The notes: generated from the sequence alone by a model not told the origin. DNA of 64,000 nt from Verrucomicrobiota bacterium (GCA_039815375.1 JBCBZJ010000003.1:160001-224000); one strand, 5' to 3'. Shown: positions 30,970-40,965, counted from the first letter of the stretch. Translations and numbers: made by a program.

Positions 30970-32093
30970 ACACCGAGTGAGTTCGCTCTGCCGCGTCTCG
31001 CTCCGATCAGAAGAGCGAGAAAGAAGGGGCCGCCGATGATTGCGGTCAAAATTCCGATTTGCAGTTCAGCGGGGGCGAGTAGGCTGCGGGCGAATACGTC
31101 TGCCACGATCAGAGTGATGGCGCCGAGCAGGCCTCCGGCGGGAATGAGCATGCGATGGTCCGGCCCGAGGGCGATGCGGATGATGTGCGGCACCACAAGT
31201 CCGATAAATCCGATGATTCCGCAGAATGCGACCGTGGCTCCGACCATCACGGCGCTGACAATAATGACTGCGCGCTTGACCCGCTGGACTTTGATACCGA
31301 GATGGAAGGCTTCGGTCTCACCGAGGAGGAAGGCGTTGAGGGCCCGGTCCTGCCGCAGGGCGAAGGCCGCCGGAATGAGAATCAGGGCGGCGAGCAGGAG
31401 TGTATTGTTCCAGTTTGCACCCGAGAGGCTGCCGAGAGTCCAAAAAGTGATGGTTCGCAGCTGCTCATCGCTTGCGAAGATGGTGACGATCAACCCGACA
31501 AAGGCGCTACCAATCGCATTGACCGCAATTCCAGTCAGCAGCATGGCGGGCACATGGGTTCGCCCACGCACAAGTGATACCTGATAAATAATAAAGGTCA
31601 GGCCGATGGCACCCGCCATCGCAAGTACAGGTAGGCCGAACCAGCTGATCGCTGAGCCAAGCGGTTCGGGAAGCGCCAGTGTTGCGACCAGTGCAGGCAG
31701 GGCAACGATCGCAATGACAGCTCCCATCGCGCCTCCGCTTGAAACGCCGATCAGGGCAGGGTCAGCGAGAGGGTTACGAAAGAGCCCCTGAAGCAGAGCC
31801 CCGGAAAGTGATAGCGCAACACCGATAAGAAAACCGGTCAGGAGTCGGGGCAGCCGAATTTCGCGGATAACGATACTCTTGAACTCGGCCGCTGCGGAAG
31901 AATCGCTTCCGCTAAAAGCAATAAGGACGTCTTGGATATCCGTGTCCACGGCACCGCTTTTCAGCGACCAGAACGAAACAATCAGGAGAATGGCTCCGAG
32001 CACCGCCAGAACCAGCCGCCGGGGTAGGCGCGCGGCAAACTTTCCCAGAGTGGGTTTTTTGGTATTTTGAACTCCCTGAGAGAGTGTTGCCAC
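30966..32093 (-). CDS. hmuU: Heme ABC transporter permease (FecCD family)
   Basis: IRLPR, LQGLFRNPLADP, GE.EA.HLGI, GIIGFIGLVVPH. Confidence 0.92.
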   Translation of the reverse strand: MATLSQGVQNTKKPTLGKFAARLPRRLVLAVLGAILLIVSFWSLKSGAVDTDIQDVLIAFSGSDSSAAAEFKSIVIREIRLPRLLTGFLIGVALSLSGALLQGLFRNPLADPALIGVSSGGAMGAVIAIVALPALVATLALPEPLGSAISWFGLPVLAMAGAIGLTFIIYQVSLVRGRTHVPAMLLTGIAVNAIGSAFVGLIVTIFASDEQLRTITFWTLGSLSGANWNNTLLLAALILIPAAFALRQDRALNAFLLGETEAFHLGIKVQRVKRAVIIVSAVMVGATVAFCGIIGFIGLVVPHIIRIALGPDHRMLIPAGGLLGAITLIVADVFARSLLAPAELQIGILTAIIGGPFFLALLIGARRGRANSLGV

Positions 32094-32102
32094 CGATTAA
32101 AC

Positions 32103-32999
32103 TTAATCTTTTGTTGCTGCCGCCGTTCTGGCGATTAGCTCGTTCCAGCGAACAGCCGCTTCTCCCAGTCTCGGTCCGAATGACAGGTCGTCGAGTGGCA
32201 CAGCGTAAACGGCATCGGCCCGAATCGCACCGACGCCCGCGAGGGCAGGGTTTTTGATCATCGCCTGGATCGACTCCGGACTGCCGCCATGACGGTCGGA
32301 TTGTCCGATGAGTATAACGTCAGGATTCATTGAGACAAGGCTCTCGGAAGAGACTGGCTTGAAGCCGGAAAATCCACTCGCGGCATTAATCCCACCGGAC
32401 AGTGTGATGAGTGCGTCGGCTTTCGAATCTTTTCCACCGCCCATCCCTGAAGTTGCGGGGCCGGGAGGTTCGAGCAGGAAAAGCACTTTAGGTTTTGGTT
32501 CGGGCCATTTCGAGGACTTCTTGGCAGTCTCTGCCAGATCCAGGTTGACAAGCTGGATCAACTCCTCGGCCAAGGCCGACTTATCCAGCTCTTCGGCAAC
32601 CTTGCGCATTGACAGGTGCAAATCCTCCGGTGACTTGAGATCCGGCAGCCAGATCGTGGCAATGTCGAGCCGTTCCATCATCGTGCGGGCCGTGGGCGGG
32701 CCAAGTGCTCCCGTCGCGATGACAAGGTCCGGTTCCATCGAAAGGACACCTTCCGGCGAGATGTTTCGAACGTAGCCGACCATCGGGAGTTCCCGTGCCT
32801 CCGGTGGATAAATACTGGAAAGATCGGTTGCGACCACCGAGGCACCTTCTTCGAGGGCAAACACAATCTCGGTAGCGGCCCCTCCGATCGTGACGATGCG
32901 CTGATATTCCGCATGAAGTGTCGGGATGCCGGTGCCGAGCAAAATCCAGGAAAGGAAACCGGTGTATTTTTGAAATTTGGTTCTTCTTGGTGTTTTCAT
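32103..32999 (-). CDS. hmuT: Heme ABC transporter periplasmic binding protein
   Basis: RIVTIGGAATEIVFAL, D.SS.YP, VGYVRNISPEGVLS (Tyr ligand), FGPR. Confidence 0.9.
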   Translation of the reverse strand: MKTPRRTKFQKYTGFLSWILLGTGIPTLHAEYQRIVTIGGAATEIVFALEEGASVVATDLSSIYPPEARELPMVGYVRNISPEGVLSMEPDLVIATGALGPPTARTMMERLDIATIWLPDLKSPEDLHLSMRKVAEELDKSALAEELIQLVNLDLAETAKKSSKWPEPKPKVLFLLEPPGPATSGMGGGKDSKADALITLSGGINAASGFSGFKPVSSESLVSMNPDVILIGQSDRHGGSPESIQAMIKNPALAGVGAIRADAVYAVPLDDLSFGPRLGEAAVRWNELIARTAAATKD

Positions 33000-33050
33000 G
33001 ATGGAAACTGGAGAGGAGCCAGGCAGTTTGGCTCCTGCATTATCTATAGA

Positions 33051-33087
33051 AACGGCGGTTTAGGCCGATGTCAGGCCAAACCGCCGT
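33051..33087. terminator. Stable stem-loop between the PEP-CTERM gene and hmuT
   Basis: ACGGCGGTTT(A)GGCC...GGCCAAACCGCCGT; no strong U-tract, so it may be a stabiliser. Confidence 0.45.
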
Positions 33088-33111
33088 CGCGATGAAAAGT
33101 ATTTTCTAAGC

Positions 33112-33870
33112 TTACTGCCTACGACGTCTTAGATTCAGAGCAAAGGTCGCCAAGAGGCCGGCAAGCAAGGAGTAGGCGCTCGGTTCAGGCACCACACTTC
33201 CGGTAAAGCTATCGCTCGTGTCGATCTGCATTCCGTAAACTTGGGCGTGTGAACCCGTCTCCCATTCAATGGAGTAGTCGGTGATTGGCGCAAGCAATGA
33301 CAGATCCCACTGGTAGATGAAGTTCGTAGTGGTTCCGGTTTGGGTCGGGTTGACTGGGTTGGTGAACGGGTTTTCTCCTGGAGTATTCCCTGTGAAATCA
33401 GCTGCCAGGCTCTGCGTGCCTGAGTTGTAGGAGAGCGTCGGCACACTATTGTAGAAGGTGTCTCCCGGCCCGAGATCAATTTGGAAAACGATCGTTTCCA
33501 GCCCTGTTACGACAGAGGTGCTGTCGACCGAGAAGACGGCTCCGGTAAATGGCGTATAGACCGATGAACCAGCTGTGTAACCATTTCCGGAGACCTTTCC
33601 GAACTCAGCATTACCATCCGAACCCGCAGTATTTGGCGAGATTGTAGCAGTCCAGGGAACCGCACCGGGGAATCCGCCACCGTAAGGCTGGGGGATCACA
33701 GTGGGAGGGTCTCCGGGAATTGTGGTTGAATTTGGAAAGTTTGCATTGTTGAGGTTTTCCCAGCCCTCAAACTCTATGTTTGTTCCGGTCAAGTTCGCAT
33801 TAATGAAGGCACTGGCCTGCAACGCTCCGAGCAGCAGACCCATGCAAACAGTAGTTTTTAGTGTATTCAT
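33112..33870 (-). CDS. PEP-CTERM surface protein in the heme locus
   Basis: Signal peptide; VPEPS, TM helix, RRRR. Confidence 0.9.
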   Translation of the reverse strand: MNTLKTTVCMGLLLGALQASAFINANLTGTNIEFEGWENLNNANFPNSTTIPGDPPTVIPQPYGGGFPGAVPWTATISPNTAGSDGNAEFGKVSGNGYTAGSSVYTPFTGAVFSVDSTSVVTGLETIVFQIDLGPGDTFYNSVPTLSYNSGTQSLAADFTGNTPGENPFTNPVNPTQTGTTTNFIYQWDLSLLAPITDYSIEWETGSHAQVYGMQIDTSDSFTGSVVPEPSAYSLLAGLLATFALNLRRRRQ

Positions 33871-34203
33871 TTTATATTTCGTTTTTGTGTGAAGATGTCG
33901 GTTTGAAAGAGAGACCCTTTCCTTCCAGTCAAAATGGAGAGCATTTTGGATTAGCTGAGATTTTTCACTTGAGAAGGTCCGACAGTCAGCGTCGCCCTAT
34001 CCCATTCAAGAAAATAGCTTACACGATCGGCCCTGACTTATCTGCTCCTCCGGGGAGTATTTTTGCTCTTGAATGTTGCAAAAAGTTGATTATAGGATAC
34101 TTATAATATCGTTTGGTTTAAAAAGTTTTGTTTTGAGCTCAGATCGAAAAGCTTGGAGTGAGGCGTCTTCGTTTTGAATAGCCTGGCAAAACTGCAATCA
34201 CGC

Positions 34204-35526
34204 TTATGGCTGAAGCGTAAGATTCAAACGTAGAAAACCCTCCGTGGTTTCTTCGGTTATTACGCTGGCAATTGCGGTGCCGTCTGCTGCGAATTCAAGC
34301 GAGCCGACGAGGGCGTCCGATGTGAAGTTGAGTGAAGCATCTGCGAATTCTAACTCTGCGACGATGTCGATTGCCTGACGGTTCCAATTGAAGGTATAAG
34401 TCATCGTATCGGGTCCGTCCGGTAAATCGATGTAGCTTAAGGTATGGTTCGCATTTGTATAATCGGAGATCAGGGGCTCTGTTCCGAAGAAATACTCTTC
34501 GAGGTTCGAAAGACCATCCTGGTCGATGTCTGCGGTAGTTAAGGCATCGTTTCCGCTTAACCCTCTCTCCGTCATGTAATCTCCATAGGTTGAAGGGTCC
34601 AAGACGGTTAAGGTTGTAGTGAATAATTCGGAGTCCAGTTGATTCGAGGCAATGAACGCGACTTCTACATCGCCCGGCGTGTCGGAGGTTCCCTGCTCGA
34701 CGGTTCCGGTGATCAAGCCGGTCAGGTTGTTGAGAGAAAGGCCGACTGGCAGACCTCCTTGCAGGAAGGACGTAGGCTCTCCGGTTGCCTCGATCTGCAG
34801 CTCGAAGGGAATTCCCAGATAGACGAGATAGTTCTCATCATTCTGAATCACAGGCTGCGGGGGTGCTACACTGTTGAAGATGTCGGAAGCATCAATCCGG
34901 GCCTCGGCCAGACTGGAGCTGGAGCTCGAAGCGTTGAACGCAATCCGAAAATCGCTGCTCACGCCCCCGGAAACTCCGGAAAGGTCCCATTGCGCCAGAT
35001 AGCTTACCGACGCACCTCCAAATGAGCCGCCGGCATCGCCTGATTCTGTGATAAACCCGACCGAGGGTGCTACGGTTACCGAGAAATCCAGACCGTAGCT
35101 TAGCGTAATGCTCCCATAATCGATTTCAGTGCCCAGAGTGACGAACTGAAAGACGAGGTTCTCCATGTTGCCGTCGTAGCGGGCTTCGATCTCGAAGCTG
35201 GTTGATCGGGTGAAGCTGTAGATATTCTGCGAGCTGGTAATGAATGCACCGAAGCCGCCGACCTCGTTAAGTAGTGGCGCCGAAACAAAACTTCCAGCCG
35301 ACGAATCGAATTCGGGCGGAACATCCTGAGAACCACTCCAACCTTGATCGGGCACAATATCCGAAGGCGGGGGGACCGTAATGCCCTGAGCGACCCCGAA
35401 AACATCCCAGTGTGCCTCCGCCGCTTCGCCGGAGAGACCAGGGTCCTCTAGAAGCAGCTGTCCGTGAGAACAGGATAAGCTCAATAACACGCCGAGCGCA
35501 CAAATGCGGATACGGTTTGAGGGCAT
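34204..35526 (-). CDS. Secreted protein: domain homologous to 33112-33870, He_PIG-like Ig domain, Ca-binding DxDxDG C-terminal module
   Basis: ENLVFQF..LG / QWDLS shared; GLPVGLSL...TGLITGT; DIDQDGLSNLEEYFFGTEP. Confidence 0.8.
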   Translation of the reverse strand: MPSNRIRICALGVLLSLSCSHGQLLLEDPGLSGEAAEAHWDVFGVAQGITVPPPSDIVPDQGWSGSQDVPPEFDSSAGSFVSAPLLNEVGGFGAFITSSQNIYSFTRSTSFEIEARYDGNMENLVFQFVTLGTEIDYGSITLSYGLDFSVTVAPSVGFITESGDAGGSFGGASVSYLAQWDLSGVSGGVSSDFRIAFNASSSSSSLAEARIDASDIFNSVAPPQPVIQNDENYLVYLGIPFELQIEATGEPTSFLQGGLPVGLSLNNLTGLITGTVEQGTSDTPGDVEVAFIASNQLDSELFTTTLTVLDPSTYGDYMTERGLSGNDALTTADIDQDGLSNLEEYFFGTEPLISDYTNANHTLSYIDLPDGPDTMTYTFNWNRQAIDIVAELEFADASLNFTSDALVGSLEFAADGTAIASVITEETTEGFLRLNLTLQP

Positions 35527-35598
35527 GCAAGACGAATACTGTCGAAAAATCATGTCTGCTTGGATTGAAAACGCTTTCTTTTTCGGTCTATATGCATA

Positions 35599-35613
35599 TG
35601 AGACTCAATCGCG
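35599..35613. promoter_or_regulatory. Putative iron-regulator (Fur-like) operator in the divergent promoter
   Basis: TGAGACTCAATCGCG, similar to the motifs at 40197, 53003 and 53056. Confidence 0.55.
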
Positions 35614-35623
35614 TAAAAAGCAA

Positions 35624-38035
35624 ATGATTATAAAAAAATGCGCAACGCTTGCTTTGTTTGTTGGTTTCTTCGCCTTCGGTTCTCTGGCTGAGACAGAAGA
35701 GAATGCAATGGCTCTCGGTCTGGTCCATTTGCCAACCACTGTCTTGGTCGGAACTCGAACCGAGTTGGAACCAATCGACGTTGCCGGCAATGTTGTCAGC
35801 TACTCCGGCGATGATTTGCTTTTTTCGGGAGCGACTGGTTTTGACGATTTCATTGAAGTTGAGCCGCTGGTTTCTGCCATACTTGATTTCTCTGCGGCAG
35901 ATCCGACTGTCCCCTATAATTCTGGAGGCTCCGGTTCCTACACGATACGAGGAGTCGGCGGGAACCGTGTCTCAATCTTTATCGACGGAGTTCGCCAACC
36001 ACTTGAGGTAGATTTTCAGGTCGGTGGAATTGCAATCAACAGCACGGGCCGCGATTACTTTGATCCTGCAATCTTCGAGACGGTGGAGATTTTCAAAGGA
36101 ACGGCCTCGAGTCTCTATGGCAGCGATGCGCTGGCCGGAGTCGTCGCGTTTACCACACCTTCGCCCTCAGACTTTGTGGAGGTCGATTCGGGCGAAAGCT
36201 TTTTCGGTTATCGCTTTCAATACAGCAGCGCATCCGAGAACTTCTCGAATGTGGTAACCGGAGCGTTCAATCAGGGGCCACTGAGCGTCATGGTCATCTA
36301 TGCGCGTCGGGATTTCGAAGAGAGGGAAAATTCAGCTGATTTTGTAGATGATTATTTGCCCGAGCCGAACCCTGTCGATGGAGAGAGTGACAGTATTTTG
36401 GCAAGAGCTGAATATTATATAGATGACGACCAGTCCTTTGAGTTTACGGTCGAAGGCTTTTTCAGAGAGACAGAAATCGACGTCAACAGTGTCGAACGCA
36501 CTTCGGTATCGACGGGCTCGTTCGATCTTTCTGATTCAGTAAGTCGAACCGGTACATTCACATCGGAAATCAGTGACGCTTTGGGCTTGAACGAGCGTGA
36601 GAGGTTAAGAGTGAGTGCTGGCTATACCTACGAGGGAAACGCCGGGCTGTTCGATAAAATCCAAGCGTTGCTTTACCATCAGGCTGCACTATCGGAAGAC
36701 TTTTACACGGAGAGTCTGAGCGGTCGATTTGTTGGTGACACTGCGATTCCTCAGATCCTCGCAGTGGATTCTGTCGGCAATATCGACACCTCCTATGAAG
36801 AAAATACGACCGGAATTGGCCTCACATTTGAAGATACACTCGATTTTACCCACGGGTCCCACCGTGTTCTTTTCGGCTTTGACGGAACTTATGGAAACTC
36901 AGAGATTCCCTTCGACACGTTTGGCAGTTCGGTTGTTACAGAATCGCAGAACTTCAATACCGGGGATCCTGAGTTCGTTTTGGGATTCGTTAATACTTCA
37001 AGTGAAAGCCGCCCGCGCCTGCCTGAGACAGAGACTTTGAGGTTAGGCACTTTTTTACAGGATGAGTTCACGTTTGGCGACGCATCGGAATGGACCCTAA
37101 TCGGAGGTATACGTTTTGACTACTACAGTCTGGAATCTGAAGACGACGAAGATTTTCGAGCATTCGTCGGCACAGACGCCCCCGACTACGATGACTTTTC
37201 GATCAGTCCAAGCCTTGCGTTGTTGCGCCGAATTGATGACGAGACGAGTGTCTTTGCTTCCTACCGGCAGGGATTCCGGAACCCGACACCGGTTGAAATA
37301 TCAGGTGGCTTTGTCCATCCTCCAGGAGCTGATTTTCGCACCGCGCCAAACCCTGAGCTCGAAGCCGAGATAAGTTATGCCTTTGAGCTTGGATTGAAGC
37401 ACTACTCCGACAACTTCCGATTTAGCGCCAGCGTATTCTATACCTTCTACAAAGACTTCATCAATTTCCCCACCCCAACGGATGACTTTGTGATGGAGGG
37501 CAGCCGCAACTTCCGTCTCTATCGCCCACAGAATGTAGATTCCGTCGATGTCTATGGGTATGAGGTCTTTGCAGAAGCTTCTCTGGGTCTGCTTGATGAG
37601 GACTTTGAGCGATGGTTTATGGGCACTTCGTTTGGTCGAGCTTTTGGAGAAATGTCGGATGAAAATGAAGGAGTGGAAATGGAGCAACCTCTTGTTACGG
37701 TGGACCCCTTTCAATGGGTCCAATATGTCGAGTATCGAGGTGATAGAGTTCGAGCAAAGCTTATCGGAACTTTCGTCGACGACAAAACCCAACTCGGCGA
37801 TCCAAGCCTAATACCTACCGAGAGTTACTACACGGTCGATCTGCGGTTCTCTTTTCGGCTGACTGAAGGGATTGTTTTAGGTTTCGGAGTCAACAACCTG
37901 ACGGACCAAAAATATACCGAGTGGCAGAGCGTGCAGAATAATATTCACGGAACGAGACAGGATCAGCTCGAGCTTTTCCAAAGGGCAACAGAGCCAGGCA
38001 GCAATTTCTTTATGAATTGCACCTTTATCTTCTAA
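35624..38035 (+). CDS. TonB-dependent heme/hemoglobin receptor
   Basis: IRG.GGNRV..FIDG, VEIFKG.ASSLYGSDALAGVV plug; FRNP...H...NPEL (FRAP/NPNL loop); terminal F; start moved to 35624. Confidence 0.9.
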   Translation: MIIKKCATLALFVGFFAFGSLAETEENAMALGLVHLPTTVLVGTRTELEPIDVAGNVVSYSGDDLLFSGATGFDDFIEVEPLVSAILDFSAADPTVPYNSGGSGSYTIRGVGGNRVSIFIDGVRQPLEVDFQVGGIAINSTGRDYFDPAIFETVEIFKGTASSLYGSDALAGVVAFTTPSPSDFVEVDSGESFFGYRFQYSSASENFSNVVTGAFNQGPLSVMVIYARRDFEERENSADFVDDYLPEPNPVDGESDSILARAEYYIDDDQSFEFTVEGFFRETEIDVNSVERTSVSTGSFDLSDSVSRTGTFTSEISDALGLNERERLRVSAGYTYEGNAGLFDKIQALLYHQAALSEDFYTESLSGRFVGDTAIPQILAVDSVGNIDTSYEENTTGIGLTFEDTLDFTHGSHRVLFGFDGTYGNSEIPFDTFGSSVVTESQNFNTGDPEFVLGFVNTSSESRPRLPETETLRLGTFLQDEFTFGDASEWTLIGGIRFDYYSLESEDDEDFRAFVGTDAPDYDDFSISPSLALLRRIDDETSVFASYRQGFRNPTPVEISGGFVHPPGADFRTAPNPELEAEISYAFELGLKHYSDNFRFSASVFYTFYKDFINFPTPTDDFVMEGSRNFRLYRPQNVDSVDVYGYEVFAEASLGLLDEDFERWFMGTSFGRAFGEMSDENEGVEMEQPLVTVDPFQWVQYVEYRGDRVRAKLIGTFVDDKTQLGDPSLIPTESYYTVDLRFSFRLTEGIVLGFGVNNLTDQKYTEWQSVQNNIHGTRQDQLELFQRATEPGSNFFMNCTFIF

Positions 38036-38100
38036 GAGTTTTTATTGTTAGTTTTTATTGTTAGTTCATAAAAACGTTACTCTAATTCCCGCGCGTCGCG

Positions 38101-38210
38101 AAATCAAAATCAGCGAAGCGGAAATCTACATCCAAATCGATTGCTGTCTCGACTGGGATTTTGTCCGCTTTGCCTTTGAGATGAACCATAATCAAATTTA
38201 TTGAACGTCT
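38101..38210 (+). repeat. Direct repeat family D, copy 1
   Basis: AAATC.AAATCAGCGAAGCGGAAATC..TCCAAATCGATT...AACCATAAT..ATTGAACG shared with 38938-39055. Confidence 0.85.
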
Positions 38211-38691
38211 TCTAAATCGGATCTGTATTTTCTTGGTCTGCCAACAAGAACGCCCGATCAGGTTTCCCCGACCGGGCGTTACGACTAATGGACGAACGAA
38301 TTGATGCCAGGCGTGGAATGAAGCGGGTAGTATGCTCCGAAGACCTATTGCCTGACTGCAGCTTAAAGATAACAAATCGCTCCGAATATAATCCACCCAT
38401 TCCGGGAGAAAAAATATCCTTTATTCTAAAAAACGTTAGTTATGCATGGGAGCAATGCCGATTTCTGCTTGTTTTGAGGCGAGGCGAATCCAGGAGGTAT
38501 TGCCGAAGCAAAGCGCTTTGTTCTCAAGCGGCTCGGAAACGAACCAGCACGAGTCCGAAGGGCCGTTATGGTCACCGTCCTTGTTCCTCGGAGCGTATCT
38601 AACGCTGAGGACAGGCAACCCGCCAGTAGGGATTGGAGTCCTAGTGATTTTTAGATTTTTACAGGCGGGTTATCGAGTTGTCCTGCTCTGC

Positions 38692-38901
38692 CTGGTTCAG
38701 GATTCAATCCTGCAGGTGGTTTAGGTTCGGGCAAGCCTCTCATGATCTTCTTTCCAGCATGGCTGGAGACCGCTTATCTTCGCTCATCCACGCTTATGTT
38801 TTTTTCTTCAGTTTCCGTCAGAGTGGATTCGCGTCAATTCGCGGTCATTAGCGGTTAAAAAATGCGTCTGAGTGGTTTCCTTTCATTCCTTCCCTGAACA
38901 A
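38692..38901. repeat. Dispersed repeat family C, copy 2
   Basis: Colinear similarity to 1844-2052. Confidence 0.85.
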
Positions 38902-38937
38902 ATTGATAAAAGCGTTTCTTTACTTCTCGTATGTTGA

Positions 38938-39055
38938 AAAATCGAAATCAGCGAAGCGGAAATCGAACTCCAAATCGATTACGACCTCGATTTGGAGTTC
39001 GATGTCGTTCACTTTACCTCGGAGGGTAACCATAATTAGATTTCATTGAACGCCC
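38938..39055 (+). repeat. Direct repeat family D, copy 2, with perfect hairpin
   Basis: ATCGAACTCCAAATCGA-n8-TCGATTTGGAGTTCGAT. Confidence 0.85.
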
Positions 39056-39076
39056 TCTTAGAATGCGTGGCGTGCC

Positions 39077-40048
39077 CTAATCCCGGTGTAAACACTGGTA
39101 GGCCTTCGGGAGGAGGCTGTGATGTTCTTTAAAAGCACGGGCAAAATGGCTGGCATTGGAATAGCCTACCTCGTTTGCCACTTCGATAACGGAAAGCCGA
39201 TCTTCACGCAGTAGTTGTGCCGCGTGGTCCATCCGGACCTCTCTGAGATAGGTGAAGGGCGTTTTCCCATGAATATGTTTGAAAGCCAGTTTGAGCTTGT
39301 GCTCGTTAACCCGTCCAATTTCTGCGAGCTCGCCAAGCGAGTATTCGTGGCCGGGCGCTGTCTCGATCGCTCTTATGATTTCCTCGATTGCATCGCGGTC
39401 ACGAGAGTTAATGCCGCTATTGGTATTTTCTGGACCTCTTGTGGATTGGTTTAGAATTTCCGCAACCCATGCGAGTATCCTTGACTCGAGTTGCAAGCGA
39501 TGGCCGATGCCGCTGGGAGTAGACTTCGTAAGCTCAGAAACAGCCAACAGGGAAGCTTTGCTCATCGAGTCGCTACGAAAGGGAATCGCACTCGCTTCCT
39601 CTGCGTATCCCGACAGGATCGGGTGTTGTTGCTTCGGGTCGAGTTGAAGGAGGTATCGAGTCACGTTGCGAGAGCAAAGAACGATACCGATTTGCACGCC
39701 TTTCGGGCTGGTTTGTTCAATCATCAGCTTCTCGCCGGAAAAACAAAACCACTGGCCGGGCTCAAGCTTTTCGATCTGGTCCTTCTCAATTCGTATTCGA
39801 CTCCAGCTTTTGTGCACAAAACCAAGAGCGAGCGCATCACTTTTCCAATGTAGCTGCCATGGTGAAGGGCCGATATGCTTGATGCCGAGAGCAATATAAT
39901 CGAGGCCCGTCTTGATCGGAGTTTTTGTGAGCTGGAGTTGATGATGCTCCTCGTTGGTCTGGTAGGTTTCGGCTGGATGGAACGGGCATGCGAGAGCCGT
40001 AGCCTGAGGGCTATTGTCAATCGTTATGCCTGTTAGGGAAGGGCCCAT
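39077..40048 (-). CDS. AraC-family transcriptional regulator (PchR/YbtA-like)
   Basis: SL.ELA....NE.KLK.AFK.IHG.TP..YLR..RM..A..LL, VA.EVGYSN.SHFARAF. Confidence 0.92.
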   Translation of the reverse strand: MGPSLTGITIDNSPQATALACPFHPAETYQTNEEHHQLQLTKTPIKTGLDYIALGIKHIGPSPWQLHWKSDALALGFVHKSWSRIRIEKDQIEKLEPGQWFCFSGEKLMIEQTSPKGVQIGIVLCSRNVTRYLLQLDPKQQHPILSGYAEEASAIPFRSDSMSKASLLAVSELTKSTPSGIGHRLQLESRILAWVAEILNQSTRGPENTNSGINSRDRDAIEEIIRAIETAPGHEYSLGELAEIGRVNEHKLKLAFKHIHGKTPFTYLREVRMDHAAQLLREDRLSVIEVANEVGYSNASHFARAFKEHHSLLPKAYQCLHRD

Positions 40049-40122
40049 GGAAATCTCGCTTTTTTGCTGTTTTAATACCTATGGGACTACAGTCGTTAAG
40101 ACGAGCTGTCGTTCTGATTCTG

Positions 40123-40160
40123 AAAAAAGGCCGGTGCCTGCATTGCTGCAAACACCGGCC
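40123..40160 (-). terminator. Intrinsic terminator upstream of the AraC gene
   Basis: Minus strand GGCCGGTG-TTTGCA-GCAA-TGCAGG-CACCGGCC-TTTTTT. Confidence 0.8.
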
Positions 40161-40197
40161 ATAGGACGAACGAAAAGTCAGGTTTCGTATGAAAACT
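40123..40197 (-). ncRNA. Candidate iron-regulated small RNA (~75 nt) or attenuated leader
   Basis: TTGACA (40231-40226) N16 GAGACT promoter overlapped by an operator palindrome, then a short ORF-less stretch and a terminator. Confidence 0.45.
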
Positions 40198-40259
40198 AGA
40201 CTCAGTCTCAATACAAAACAGAGACTGTCAATGCTTTTTCGAGAATGAATCTCATTTTC
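40197..40259. promoter_or_regulatory. Promoter with two Fur-like boxes
   Basis: TAGACTCAGTCTCAAT palindrome at 40197-40212; GAGAATGAATCTCATTTTC at 40241-40259 (14/19 to the E. coli Fur box). Confidence 0.7.
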
Positions 40260-40404
40260 ATGAAATTATTTCTGCATCCTTTATTTGAGGGGAAATTCTG
40301 CCTATTTTTCTGCAAAAGGTAGCATTCGGCTTGTCTCTTCGGGTCTTTACCAGGCGTCGCGAAATCTCCCAATCATTTAGCCGAAACGATGTTGAGGATT
40401 TGTA

Positions 40405-40485
40405 TTTGCGCTCGGTTGCGCATGTCGATGGTGCAAAAAAAGGCCGGCATTTGCAAAACTGCAAACACCGGCCTTGAGAGATTAG
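40405..40485 (+). repeat. 81-bp direct repeat, left copy (contains a minus-strand terminator)
   Basis: 79/81 identical to 50724-50804. Confidence 0.95.
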
Positions 40486-40725
40486 CTACTTCCCAAAATA
40501 CCTCATGAAGAGCCTGCAAGACCACTGCCATCACCATCAAGAAGCCATCTACCTCAAACTCAAACACGCCAGCTACACCATCGGCCAACTCGCCACACAG
40601 ATCGAATACAGCACACACAAACTATGGCAGCAGCCCACAAGTTACTGTGCCAAAATCAGAGTAAGCGAAAAACAAACACCAAACAAATGACACTCGGACT
40701 ATAGCATCCGAACATCCCCAAAAGC

Positions 40726-40756
40726 AACGGGGCACCAACAGATAGGGTGCCCCGTT
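40726..40756. terminator. Stem-loop, possible terminator for the Rhs module
   Basis: AACGGGGCACC-n9-GGTGCCCCGTT; short U-run on the minus strand. Confidence 0.5.
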
Positions 40757-40965
40757 CATCCCCGCGTAGCGGGACTGTGAAGCATAAACTCAACTTCAGA
40801 TATGATCACTCAGAGCACAATTACTCTCAGAAAACTGAGATTCCCGAAAAAATCCTATGATCGCTAATCGAACAAAATGGTCGGCCTTAAAGCGGTCGGT
40901 AACACCTAGGCATTTCGGCGACGCGGCCTAGAACTGAGACGATGGAGCCTGGGACACGCGCCCAC

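Noticed and set aside
38082..38724. Several 60-104 aa ORFs in the repeat-rich spacer
   Set aside because: No recognisable motifs, and they are mutually overlapping
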